A model generated the notes under the pieces. The model made no database searches. It worked only from the letters and a program-made list of their open reading frames with translations, and was not told the DNA's origin. Source: Alphaproteobacteria bacterium (lineage in GTDB: Bacteria; Pseudomonadota; Alphaproteobacteria; GCA-2731375). From it: a stretch of DNA of 64,000 nt. Of the stretch, positions 32,240 through 41,579 are shown in pieces. How positions within the stretch are numbered: the first letter of the stretch is position 1; each line of letters starts with the position of its first letter. Made by a program: the position numbers and the translations under genes. The stretch lies in NCBI GenBank assembly GCA_016776605.1, contig JADHTB010000017.1:18755-82754 (forward strand). The letters run 5' to 3'.

Positions 32240-33025
32240 ATGAGCGAAAGTGAAAATCCCGTTCTGACCGACGTCGTTGATGGCGTCGGCATCATGACCC
32301 TGAACCGGCCGGACAAATTCAATTGCATATCGAGCGGCCTGATGGATGGCATGAGTGCCGCCATCGAAGCCTTCGACAACGACCAGGGCGTGCGGGTCAT
32401 TCTGCTGAATGCGAAAGGCAAAACATTTTGCACCGGCGCCGATCTGGACGAGGTGATGGCGGCGCGTAAAAGCCGCGATACGCTGAAGGCCTACATCGGC
32501 CGTATTCATGGGGTATTCCGCCGCCTGGAAACCTCTCCCCTGCCCGTGGTAGTCGCCATAAACGGCCTGGCCCTGGCGGGCGGCATCGAGATGATGATGG
32601 CCTGCGACGTAGCCTTCGCCGCCGAGAGCGCGAGGATCGGCGATCAACATGCCCAATATGGCCTGATACCGGGCGGCGGTGGCACGCAACGTCTGCCGCG
32701 GCTGGTCGGCCTGCGCCGGGCCTTGGACCTGATGTACACCAATCGTTGGCTGGACGCGGCGGAGGCGGAGCGTTGGGGCCTGGTCAACTACGTCGTGGCC
32801 GACGAGGCCCTGGCCGAGGCGAGCCTGGATTACTGCCGCAATCTGGCCGGGAAAAGCCGCGCCGGCCTGACCGCCATGAAGCACCTCTCCCGCCAGGGTC
32901 TGGAAATCAGTCCCTCTGATGGCCTGACACTGGAAGAGGACGCAGTGGCTGATGGCCTGATGGGCGGGGACGTAGAGGAAGGCCTGGCCGCCTTCCAGGC
33001 CCGCCGCGAACCGAATTTCGTTTAG
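32240..33025 (+). CDS. Enoyl-CoA hydratase/isomerase family
   Basis: LNRPDKFN, FCTGADL, ALAGGIE, PGGGGTQRLPR. Confidence 0.9.
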   Translation: MSESENPVLTDVVDGVGIMTLNRPDKFNCISSGLMDGMSAAIEAFDNDQGVRVILLNAKGKTFCTGADLDEVMAARKSRDTLKAYIGRIHGVFRRLETSPLPVVVAINGLALAGGIEMMMACDVAFAAESARIGDQHAQYGLIPGGGGTQRLPRLVGLRRALDLMYTNRWLDAAEAERWGLVNYVVADEALAEASLDYCRNLAGKSRAGLTAMKHLSRQGLEISPSDGLTLEEDAVADGLMGGDVEEGLAAFQARREPNFV

Positions 33026-33035
33026 GGAGCCCCGC

Positions 33036-33467
33036 ATGCCGCGTTCTTACCCGGATCGTCCCATGGTCGGCGTCGGCGCCGTGGTCTTCAAGGATAATGA
33101 GGTTCTGCTGATCCGCCGTGGCAAGGAGCCGCGCAGGGGGGATTGGAGCATCCCCGGCGGCATGCAGGAACTGGGCGAAACAATATTCGCCGCTGCCGCA
33201 AGGGAGGTGATGGAGGAAACCGCCATCGCCATCCAAAACATCGCCCTGATCGACGTCATAGATTCCATCACACCCGATGCCCATGGCCGGGTGCGGTACC
33301 ATTACACCCTGGTCGACGTGGTGGCGGAATGGCAAAGCGGCGAGGCGGTTGGTGGATCCGATGCCATGCATGCCGAATTCATGCCCCTGCACCGGGTCGC
33401 CGGCACCGGCCTGTGGTCGGAGACCCAGCGCATCATCAATATGGCGCGGGACCTGCGCGGTCTTTGA
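33036..33467 (+). CDS. NUDIX hydrolase
   Basis: Nudix box GGMQELGETIFAAAAREVMEET. Confidence 0.9.
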   Translation: MPRSYPDRPMVGVGAVVFKDNEVLLIRRGKEPRRGDWSIPGGMQELGETIFAAAAREVMEETAIAIQNIALIDVIDSITPDAHGRVRYHYTLVDVVAEWQSGEAVGGSDAMHAEFMPLHRVAGTGLWSETQRIINMARDLRGL

Positions 33468-33468
33468 T

Positions 33469-34296
33469 ATGCCACAGCCGACGGCGGCAACAGCGGCACC
33501 GGCAGCCCCCCTGGCGCCGCGCCACCTGGGCACGGTCAACTGGCTGGGACTGTGGACCCTGTATCAAAAGGAAGTCCGCCGCTTCCTGAAGGTCACGGGT
33601 CAGACGGTGATCGGACCCCTGATCATGGCCCTGTTGTTCTTGGCCATCTTCGCCGTCGCCCTGGGCAGCCGCCGTGGCGAGGTGGAGGGGGTGCCCTACG
33701 TGGTCTTTCTGGCGCCCGGCCTGATCATCATGTCCATTGCGCAGAATGCCTTTGCCAATGCCTCGTCATCTCTATTGATCGCCAAAACCCAAGGCACCAT
33801 TGTCGATCTATTGATGGCGCCCCTGCGGCCGGTGGAACTAGTCGTGGCCTTTATCTTGAGTGCCGTGACACGGGGCCTGCTGGTGGGTTTGGTGATCGGG
33901 GCCGCCATGGCGCCATTCGTGCCCATGGCCTTGGTTAATCCAGGACTGATTCTGTTCCACGCCCTGGCCGCCGCCACTCTTTTGGGACTGATGGGCATGC
34001 TGGTGGGGCTGTGGGCCGAGCGCATGGACAATCTGGCGGCCGCCAGCAACTTCGCCATCGCACCCCTGACCTTCCTGTCCGGAACCTTTTACGCCATCAC
34101 CGATCTACCGGACAGCTTGCAAGGCGTGCTACTGGCGAACCCGTTCTTTCACATGATCGACGGCTTCCGCCAGGGCTTCATCGGCCAGGGCGCCAGCGAA
34201 CCCTTATTCGGCGTTGCCGTCATGCTTGGCGCCAACATCGCCGTTTTCTGGCTCTGTCATCGAGCGGTTGCCAGGGGCTGGCGTTTAAAGCCCTAG
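33469..34296 (+). CDS. ABC-2 type transporter permease (YadH-like)
   Basis: KEVRRFLKV, FLAPGL, QNAFAN, PLTFLSGTFY, NPFF.MIDGFR. Confidence 0.88.
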   Translation: MPQPTAATAAPAAPLAPRHLGTVNWLGLWTLYQKEVRRFLKVTGQTVIGPLIMALLFLAIFAVALGSRRGEVEGVPYVVFLAPGLIIMSIAQNAFANASSSLLIAKTQGTIVDLLMAPLRPVELVVAFILSAVTRGLLVGLVIGAAMAPFVPMALVNPGLILFHALAAATLLGLMGMLVGLWAERMDNLAAASNFAIAPLTFLSGTFYAITDLPDSLQGVLLANPFFHMIDGFRQGFIGQGASEPLFGVAVMLGANIAVFWLCHRAVARGWRLKP

Positions 34297-34300
34297 CAAG

Positions 34301-35377
34301 TTAGCGGGGCAGAATGCCTTCCGCCTGATACTGCTCCAACAGCTCGATCAGCATGTCTTCCGTATCGATGCAGTCCTGAAAGCCGTGTTGCCGCAATTTG
34401 ATGGTGCTGACCACCACGGGAGCCGGATTTTTGCCGGCGGCGAAATTGAAATCGGCGAACTGCCAGGATTGTCCGACCAGCTTCTCATAGGGGACGGGGC
34501 GCAAATTATGCTGCTTGGCGATCGCCTCCCAGATATGCGCCTTGGCTGGCATGACATCTTGCAGGCGCATGGGCTCGGGCTGCCCCATCTGCATGCCGAA
34601 ATGGCGGGCCAATGTGGGCCATAGACCGGGAAAGGTTATGTTGTCGCCATTGGTGATATTGAAAATTTCGTCCCTGGCGCCCCCTGCCCCCGTCGCCCAG
34701 TCGAGCGCGCGGGCGATCAGCCGGGTATCAATGGCCTCGGTCACATAGGCGCCGCCGCCCGGATGGCACAACGGCAGGCCTTCGGCCCGGCGGATCACGG
34801 CGTACACCGCCATGGCCAGCAGGATATTCAGCGGCGCGTCCAGGGCAAAACCGAAAATCGTCTGGGGCCGCCAGATAGTCCAGCTCCACGCCTTGCCCTT
34901 TTGCTGATCCTTCACGAAATCTTCCTGGTACCAGTAGAAGTTTTCGTGATCGTTGCGGGCCCAGCGCTCCCGCGCCGGCACGGGCGGTGGCCGCAGATGG
35001 GCGCCATAGGCCTTGGTGCCCTGGAACAGGGATATGTGCGCCAGGTTTTTGGCCACGGCATCAAGCGGCCGCAGGGCGTTCTGCAACATCGCCAGATTGG
35101 TTTGCATCTGCGCCTTGGCCCGCCAGCCGCGGATCACGTCTTCCTCTTCATACAGGGCGGTGTAGATAATGTGGGTGGTGTCCGGCAATTCGCCCAGGGT
35201 TCTTTCGCAGGCGGCCTTATCGGTCAGATCCAGGGCGATAAAGCGGCCGCCATGAGCAAAGGCCGGTGGGCGGCGGGACAGCGCCACCACGTTCCAATCG
35301 GGCAGGGCATCGAAATGCCGCAACGCCGCGCCGCCGACCAGGCCCGAGGGGCCAAAGATGACGATATTTCCACTCAT
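34301..35377 (-). CDS. Extended SDR, progesterone 5-beta-reductase (PRISE)-like
   Basis: GPSGLVG, QGTKAYG, NFYWYQED, WTIWRP, FNITNGD. Confidence 0.85.
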   Translation of the reverse strand: MSGNIVIFGPSGLVGGAALRHFDALPDWNVVALSRRPPAFAHGGRFIALDLTDKAACERTLGELPDTTHIIYTALYEEEDVIRGWRAKAQMQTNLAMLQNALRPLDAVAKNLAHISLFQGTKAYGAHLRPPPVPARERWARNDHENFYWYQEDFVKDQQKGKAWSWTIWRPQTIFGFALDAPLNILLAMAVYAVIRRAEGLPLCHPGGGAYVTEAIDTRLIARALDWATGAGGARDEIFNITNGDNITFPGLWPTLARHFGMQMGQPEPMRLQDVMPAKAHIWEAIAKQHNLRPVPYEKLVGQSWQFADFNFAAGKNPAPVVVSTIKLRQHGFQDCIDTEDMLIELLEQYQAEGILPR

Positions 35378-35476
35378 AATTCTGTACCATTGCAACCCAA
35401 CCCGAGAGGCGGGCAGAATAGGGCCCTGGTTTGTCCAGGGTCAACGGGCGAACATGAAATGGGAGGATAGATCGAG

Positions 35477-36004
35477 ATGAGCCGTCTTTTCGGATCACTG
35501 CGCCAGATGGGCTATGTGGTGAAGGATATCGATGCCGCCATGCGCCATTGGATCGACGTTTGTCAGATTGGGCCGTGGTTCTATGTGGACAAGCTGGTGG
35601 TCCAGGACTTCACCTACAAAGGGCAACCGAGCGATCCGCACCTGTCCATCGCCCTGGCCAATTCCGGCGACGTGCAGCTGGAATTGATCCAGCAGCGGGA
35701 TGACAGCCCCACCCTGTACCAGGATTTCCTGAACGCTGGTAACGAAGGCCTGCAACATTTTTCCACCTGGCCGGAGAACTACCAGGAAATCTACAGGGAG
35801 GCCCTGGCCGCCGGTTATACCGTGGGCCAGGAGGCTGACAGTCCCCGCGGCCCCTTCGTCTATTTTGAACAGGAAGGCCATCCGGGCACGGTCATCGAAA
35901 TGGCTGAAATGACCGAAGGCCGGCGGCGCATCTTCGATGGCGTGCGGGAAGCGGCGGTTGATTGGGACGGCAGCGACCCAATCCGGGAGCGCTGGCCGAG
36001 CTAG
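35477..36004 (+). CDS. VOC/glyoxalase family protein
   Basis: QMGYVV.DID, QLELIQQ, GLQH, VIEMAE. Confidence 0.85.
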   Translation: MSRLFGSLRQMGYVVKDIDAAMRHWIDVCQIGPWFYVDKLVVQDFTYKGQPSDPHLSIALANSGDVQLELIQQRDDSPTLYQDFLNAGNEGLQHFSTWPENYQEIYREALAAGYTVGQEADSPRGPFVYFEQEGHPGTVIEMAEMTEGRRRIFDGVREAAVDWDGSDPIRERWPS

Positions 36005-36011
36005 AGCATTT

Positions 36012-36299
36012 TCAACATTCACCGGGTCCTTGGGAATTTAGTCCCTGGAAATCGAGTCCCTGGGTCAGGGATTTGCGGAAGCGGCGGTCCCGTTTCAGGT
36101 GCCATTCACGGCTCATGGCCGGGCCACGGGTCAGGTAACGTTCGGCGTATAGCAACACCCAGGCGCGGCCACGGGTACTGCGCGCGCCGGTGCCGTCGTT
36201 GTGCCGGGCCAAGCGGCGGTCCAGATCGTTGGTCCAGCCCACATAGGTGCGGTAGCCAGAACCATCGCGGCTGCCTAGGATATAAACGAAACACGCCAT
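36012..36299 (-). CDS. Small GIY-YIG nuclease family protein
   Basis: FVYIL...TYVGWT.DL.RRL..HN.G.GARSTR, AMSRE. Confidence 0.88.
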   Translation of the reverse strand: MACFVYILGSRDGSGYRTYVGWTNDLDRRLARHNDGTGARSTRGRAWVLLYAERYLTRGPAMSREWHLKRDRRFRKSLTQGLDFQGLNSQGPGEC

Positions 36300-36335
36300 C
36301 CCGGCGCCTTATATACGATATTGGGAATCTACGGA

Positions 36336-37502
36336 ATGCATAGAAGCGACGGACGTATCCTGACCACCCACGCAGGCAGCCTGCCGCGACCGCCCGAGCT
36401 GGTGAAGATGTTTTCCCAGCGGGTCCATGGCGACGCCGTGGATGCGGCAAAAATGGCGGCGGCGATCGAGGACGCCACCAACTGGGTGCTGCCCAAGCAA
36501 CTGGAAGCCGGCATCGATATTCCCAATAACGGCGAGCAGCCACGGGATGCCTTTTTCCTGTATGTGCGCCATCGCATGAGTGGCTTCGCCGGCCTGGGCA
36601 AGCGGCAGCCCCAGGCGGATTTGTTGCGCTACCCCGCGTTTCTGGCCCTGCGCCAAAGTCAGCAGGCCGACAAGATCGCGGTTACCAATTTCGAAGTGCC
36701 GGCGGTGGTGGACGCGGTGCGTTACCTGGACCCGGCCTTCGTCGAGACCGAATGTAGCGATTTCCGCCGTATTCTGACCGCCAGGGCGCCGCAGGTGAAG
36801 GATGCCTTTATTACCGCGCCATCGCCGGGCATCATCGCCGCCGCCGTGCCGAATGAGTATTATGACAGCTTCGATAGATACCTGGATGCCCTGGCCACGG
36901 CCCTGCGCGTTGAATATGAGGCCATCGTGGCCCACGGCTTCACCCTGCAACTGGACTGTCCCGACCTGGCCCTGGAGCGGCATATCACCTATGCCGACCG
37001 GCCCCTTTCTGATTTCATTGAATTCGTCGAAAGCGTGATCGACGCCATCAACCGCAGCCTGGTGAATGTGCCGCGCGAGGCCGTACGCCTGCATGTCTGT
37101 TGGGGCAATTATGAAGGCCCGCACGATATGGACGTGCCCCTGGCTGATATCCTGCCAACCATCCTGCAGGCGAATGTGGGCGGCTTTGTCCTGCCCTTCG
37201 CCAATCCCCGCCACGCTCACGAATATAAGGTGTTCGAGAGCGGCCCCCTGGCCGATGATCAGATACTGGTGGCCGGTGTCATCGACACCACCACCAACTA
37301 TATCGAACATCCGGAAACCGTGGCCGACCGGATAGAGCGGATCGCCCAGGCGTTGGGCGATCCCAGCCGCCTGCTGGCCGGCACCGACTGTGGTTTTGAC
37401 ACCTCCGCCGGCATGGGCAAGGTCGCCGAGGACGTGGTTTGGGCCAAACTGGCCGCCCTGTCGGAAGGCGCTAAACTGGCCAGCGAGCGGCTGTTTCGTT
37501 AG
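36336..37502 (+). CDS. Cobalamin-independent methionine synthase II (core MetE-like) family
   Basis: TTHAGSLPRP, LQLDCPDL, HVCWGNYEGPH, ANPRH, TDCGF. Confidence 0.88.
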   Translation: MHRSDGRILTTHAGSLPRPPELVKMFSQRVHGDAVDAAKMAAAIEDATNWVLPKQLEAGIDIPNNGEQPRDAFFLYVRHRMSGFAGLGKRQPQADLLRYPAFLALRQSQQADKIAVTNFEVPAVVDAVRYLDPAFVETECSDFRRILTARAPQVKDAFITAPSPGIIAAAVPNEYYDSFDRYLDALATALRVEYEAIVAHGFTLQLDCPDLALERHITYADRPLSDFIEFVESVIDAINRSLVNVPREAVRLHVCWGNYEGPHDMDVPLADILPTILQANVGGFVLPFANPRHAHEYKVFESGPLADDQILVAGVIDTTTNYIEHPETVADRIERIAQALGDPSRLLAGTDCGFDTSAGMGKVAEDVVWAKLAALSEGAKLASERLFR

Positions 37503-37521
37503 GCCACTACTGAAAATTGCT

Positions 37522-38592
37522 CTAAATCAGCCGCTGTTCCAAGGCTTTATGCCGGATGGCTTTCTGTAATTTTTCGAAGGCCCGCACTTCGATCTGACGG
37601 ACCCTCTCGCGGCTGATATTGAAATCGGTGGAGAGCTCTTCCAGGGTTTTCGGATCGTCCCTCAGGCGCCGTTCGGTGATGATGTGGCGTTCCCGCTCGT
37701 TCAGATCACCCATGGCGCCCAGCAACAGGGCGCGGCGTTTCTGCAGCTCGTCCGTTTCCGCCAGCTCGGTTTCCTGGTCGATACTGTCATCGACCAACCA
37801 GTCCTGCCACTCCCCGCCCTCGCCTTCCGACCGCAGGGGTGCGTTCAGGGAATTGTCCGGCCCGGCCAGGCGTCGATTCATGGAAACCACATCTTTTTCC
37901 GGCACATTCAGGGTCGTGGCGATCTTTTCCACCTGATCGGGGGTCATATCGCCTTCATCGATGGCCTGAATCTGCCCCTTCAGCTTACGCAGCTTGAAAA
38001 ACAGCTTTTTCTGCGCCGCCGTGGTGCCGATCTTGACCAGGGACCAGGACCGCAGAATATATTCCTGAATATTGGCCCGGATCCACCACATGGCGTAGGT
38101 CGCCAGACGAAAGCCGCGCTCCGGCTCAAACCGTTTGACCGCCTGCATCAGGCCGATATTGCCTTCCGCGATCAGTTCCGCCACCGGCAGGCCATAACCG
38201 CGGTAACCCATGGCGATCTTGGCCACTAGACGCAAATGAGAGGTGACCATTTTGTGGGCGGCATCACGATCATCGTGGTCCCGCCAGGCCTTGGCCAGCA
38301 TGTATTCCTCTTCATGAGGCAGCATGGGATATTTGCGGATATCCTGCAGATAGCGCGACAGGCTGGCCTCGGGCGTCGGCGCCGGTATGCCGGCAATCGG
38401 CGCACGGGCGCTCTTTTTCGGAACCGCGGCCTTGGCGGTATCCTCCAGCACGGCCACATCCGCCATCTTGGCGTCAGCCCGCGCCTTCGCAGCCGCTTTG
38501 GTGCTAGTTCTCGCGCCAGTTTTCGCGCTGGCCCCGGTCTTAGCCTTGGCGCCGGATTTGCCGCTATTTGCTTTTGTTTTGCTCGCTACCAT
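37522..38592 (-). CDS. rpoH: RNA polymerase sigma factor RpoH with N-terminal extension
   Basis: LSRYL, SHLRLV.KIAMGYRGYG, RLATYAMWWI, RpoH box AQKKLFFKLR, SRERVRQIE. Confidence 0.95.
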   Translation of the reverse strand: MVASKTKANSGKSGAKAKTGASAKTGARTSTKAAAKARADAKMADVAVLEDTAKAAVPKKSARAPIAGIPAPTPEASLSRYLQDIRKYPMLPHEEEYMLAKAWRDHDDRDAAHKMVTSHLRLVAKIAMGYRGYGLPVAELIAEGNIGLMQAVKRFEPERGFRLATYAMWWIRANIQEYILRSWSLVKIGTTAAQKKLFFKLRKLKGQIQAIDEGDMTPDQVEKIATTLNVPEKDVVSMNRRLAGPDNSLNAPLRSEGEGGEWQDWLVDDSIDQETELAETDELQKRRALLLGAMGDLNERERHIITERRLRDDPKTLEELSTDFNISRERVRQIEVRAFEKLQKAIRHKALEQRLI

Positions 38593-38665
38593 GGCTCCAC
38601 CATGCGCTGGCAAGGCCAGCGTATCTCTGTGATTTCAATTCACGGTCTGATTGGATACAGCCCGT

Positions 38666-38694
38666 ATGTTACCAAAATGCAACAGTTATGTCAA
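38666..38694 (-). promoter_or_regulatory. Sigma70-type promoter upstream of rpoH
   Basis: TTGACA-N17-TAACAT on the minus strand; -10 box ends about 73 nt upstream of ATG 38592. Confidence 0.7.
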
Positions 38695-38753
38695 GAGAAT
38701 CCCGTCGAATGACGGTCGTCAGACGTGCCCCGCCCTCACCCATTCAAGCACTA

Positions 38754-39758
38754 TTATAGTTGCTGGAAAAGTGCCACCAGCGCCTGCATGTCATGTGGGA
38801 GCGGGCTGTGAAAAATCAAGTCCCGCCCGTCCATGGGGTGGCGAAAACCAAGTTCCACCGCGTGCAATGCCTGACGCCTGAAGTCCCCGATAGCCTGACG
38901 CAGATCGTCTCCGAAATCGGCGCCACGGCCACGCCGCGCGCCGCCGTACAAGGGATCGCCCATGACCGGGTGGCCGATGGATGACAGATGCACGCGGATC
39001 TGGTGCGTGCGGCCGGTTTCCAGGCGGCAATCAAGCAGACTGGCGGTGGGTCTGGCAACCTGCCCATAGGCTTCAACCTGGGTGTAGTGGGTCACCGCCG
39101 GCTTGCCGCCCCGGGTCACCACGGCCATTTTTTTTCGGTTGTTGGTATCGCGGCCGATATTGCCTTCGATCCGGCCGCCGCCTTGCCGGGGCCGGCCCCA
39201 GACCAGGGCGCGGTAACAGCGCTGTATATCGTGGTGGACGAACAGCGCGCTTAACCCGGCGTGCGCGGCATCATGCTTGGCCGCCACCAACAGGCCCGAG
39301 GTATCCTTATCCAGGCGATGCACGATACCGGGACGGCGCACCCCACCCACCCCCGACAGGCTGGCGCCGCAATGGGCCAGCAGGGCGTTGACCAGGGTGT
39401 GGTCCGGATTGCCAGGCGCGGGATGCACGACCAGGCCGGCCGGTTTGTCGATCACGATCAAATGCTCGTCCTCGAATACGATGGTCAGGTCCATGGCCTG
39501 TGGCTTGGGCACCGCCTCTTCCGCGGGCGGTACCCGCAGCTCAATAAGCTCGCCGGGTTTGACCCGGTACGAGGCCTCGGTTACCGTCCGCATGTCGCCG
39601 GTTTGGCCGATGCACACCTGTCCGGCTTCGATCAAGGCCTTGATGCGCACGCGGGACAGGCCGTCGATGGCCTGGCTGAGCAGGCGGTCTAAACGCTCGC
39701 GGGCCGCCTCTGGCCCAACCACAATATTGTGTTCTTCTATTTTCGGATTTTCGCCCAT
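38754..39758 (-). CDS. rluD: 23S rRNA pseudouridine synthase RluD
   Basis: S4-like RLD, KPAGLVVHP, HRLDKDTSG, TGRTHQIRVH, QALHA; adjacent to rpoH. Confidence 0.9.
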   Translation of the reverse strand: MGENPKIEEHNIVVGPEAARERLDRLLSQAIDGLSRVRIKALIEAGQVCIGQTGDMRTVTEASYRVKPGELIELRVPPAEEAVPKPQAMDLTIVFEDEHLIVIDKPAGLVVHPAPGNPDHTLVNALLAHCGASLSGVGGVRRPGIVHRLDKDTSGLLVAAKHDAAHAGLSALFVHHDIQRCYRALVWGRPRQGGGRIEGNIGRDTNNRKKMAVVTRGGKPAVTHYTQVEAYGQVARPTASLLDCRLETGRTHQIRVHLSSIGHPVMGDPLYGGARRGRGADFGDDLRQAIGDFRRQALHAVELGFRHPMDGRDLIFHSPLPHDMQALVALFQQL

Positions 39759-40083
39759 GACCCAACACTGGACCGAGAATAGCACCCGGCTCAAGCTTCT
39801 CGTGGGCGTGATGACCACTTTGTTGGTTATCGGCTTGATTTTGCTGGTCGTTGGCATTGCCCGGACATCCAAGGAATTAAGCGATCAAAGCGCTCAATTG
39901 ACAGCCAAGATGAGCGATGTACCCATAAAATTGGCGCCAGGCGATAGCTTGATCGACCTGACTGCGGACAATGGCCGCTTGTATCTGGCCATTCGCCACC
40001 AGAACGGCGGGCAGTCCGTCGTGGTACTTGATAGCAAAACCGGCGAACGGTTGGGCCAGCTAAATCTGGAAACAACTCAATGA
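39757..40083 (+). CDS. Small membrane-anchored hypothetical protein
   Basis: One TM segment (LKLLVGVMTTLLVIGLILLVVGIA) then a beta-rich tail; stop overlaps the next ATG (ATGA). Confidence 0.65.
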   Translation: MTQHWTENSTRLKLLVGVMTTLLVIGLILLVVGIARTSKELSDQSAQLTAKMSDVPIKLAPGDSLIDLTADNGRLYLAIRHQNGGQSVVVLDSKTGERLGQLNLETTQ

Positions 40084-40529
40084 TCGCGCCGCCCGGGATC
40101 GTGCTGACCGGGATCGTGCTGCCCGGCGCCCCGCGTGCGGCGATCGCCGCCCATGTGGCAGCCGACTACCCCCATGAAGCCTGCGGTCTGTTGTTGGGCC
40201 GGCGGCATAGCGAACACACGCTGATATCCCAGGCCGTGGCCTCCCCCAATTTGGCGGATGACCCCGGCCACCGGTTTGAAATTGACCCTGGCCTGCGGCT
40301 GCGCCTGCAAAAGGCCGCCCGCGATGGGCAGGACGAGGTTCTGGGTCATTATCATTCCCATCCTGACGGCCCTGCCCGGCCCTCGGCCACCGACCGCGCC
40401 GGCATTTATGAAGTGGATCTGGTCTGGTTGATCGCGGCGGTGACCCAGGCAGGTCTGCAAGATATCGCCGCCTTTATGCCCTGGGCCGATTGTGGTGGCT
40501 TTGATGACATAGAATTGAACGAGACATAA
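40080..40529 (+). CDS. Mov34/MPN/JAB (M67) metallopeptidase
   Basis: EACG and intact JAMM motif YHSHP...PSATD. Confidence 0.88.
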   Translation: MIAPPGIVLTGIVLPGAPRAAIAAHVAADYPHEACGLLLGRRHSEHTLISQAVASPNLADDPGHRFEIDPGLRLRLQKAARDGQDEVLGHYHSHPDGPARPSATDRAGIYEVDLVWLIAAVTQAGLQDIAAFMPWADCGGFDDIELNET

Positions 40530-40538
40530 GGATGCCGG

Positions 40539-41579
40539 ATGAATTTTTCCTCTGACAATGCCGCCGGCGTGTCGCCACAAATCATGGCGGCCCTGGCCGC
40601 CGCCAACCAAGGCCACGCCATGGCCTACGGCGCGGATAGCGTGACCAAGGCGGCCGAGGCGGCCTTTACCGAGTTGTTCGAGCGGGAGCTGGCGATCTTT
40701 CCCGTTGCCACCGGCACGGCGGCCAACGCCCTGGCCCTGTCCGCGCTGACGCCGCCCTGGGGCCAGACCTATTGCCATCGCAACGCCCATATCGAGGAAG
40801 ACGAGGCCGGCGCGCCGGAGTTGTTCTCGGGCGGCGCCAAGCTGGCTCTGCTGGACGGCGAACATGGCAAAATCGCGGCGGAAACATTGACTGCCGCCGT
40901 CGCCACCGCCGGCTTTGGCGTACAGCATCATTCCCAGCCCAGCGCCCTGTCGCTGACCCAGGCAACCGAGGCCGGCACGGTTTACCAACCCGGCGAGATC
41001 GCCGCCCTGGCGGCCATCGCCCACGCAGCGGGTCTGTCCGTGCATATGGATGGTGCGCGTTTTGGCAATGCCCTGGCCCATCTGGGTTGCAGCCCGGCGG
41101 AGATGACCTGGAAGGCGGGCGTCGATGTGCTGTCCTTTGGCGCCACCAAGAATGGCGCCATGGCGGCAGAGGCGGTGATCTTCTTCGACCCGGATGCGGC
41201 GGACGATTTCCTTTATCGGCGCAAACGCGGCGGCCATCTGTTTTCCAAGATGCGCTATTTATCGGCCCAACTGGTGGCATATCTGCGCGATGATCTGTGG
41301 CTGGAGAATGCCCGCCACGCCAACGCCTGTGCGGCAACATTCTCTCAAGGTCTGGCCGCGCTGGACGGTGCCCATCTGGTGCATCCGGTCCAGGCGAACG
41401 AGATATTCGTACATTTGCCGACCGCGGTTCTTGAAGCAATGGAAGCGGCCGGCGTCGGCTTTCACCGCTGGGGACCGGCGGGGGATGCGGATGGCGGCCG
41501 AGCGCGCTTCGTCTGCGCCTTCAATACTGAACAGGGTGATGTAGACCGGGCGCTGCAAATCGCCCAAGATGCAGTCTGA
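40539..41579 (+). CDS. ltaE: Low-specificity L-threonine aldolase
   Basis: NFSSDN, TGTAAN, HMDGARF, SFGATKNG (PLP Lys), SKMR. Confidence 0.88.
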   Translation: MNFSSDNAAGVSPQIMAALAAANQGHAMAYGADSVTKAAEAAFTELFERELAIFPVATGTAANALALSALTPPWGQTYCHRNAHIEEDEAGAPELFSGGAKLALLDGEHGKIAAETLTAAVATAGFGVQHHSQPSALSLTQATEAGTVYQPGEIAALAAIAHAAGLSVHMDGARFGNALAHLGCSPAEMTWKAGVDVLSFGATKNGAMAAEAVIFFDPDAADDFLYRRKRGGHLFSKMRYLSAQLVAYLRDDLWLENARHANACAATFSQGLAALDGAHLVHPVQANEIFVHLPTAVLEAMEAAGVGFHRWGPAGDADGGRARFVCAFNTEQGDVDRALQIAQDAV

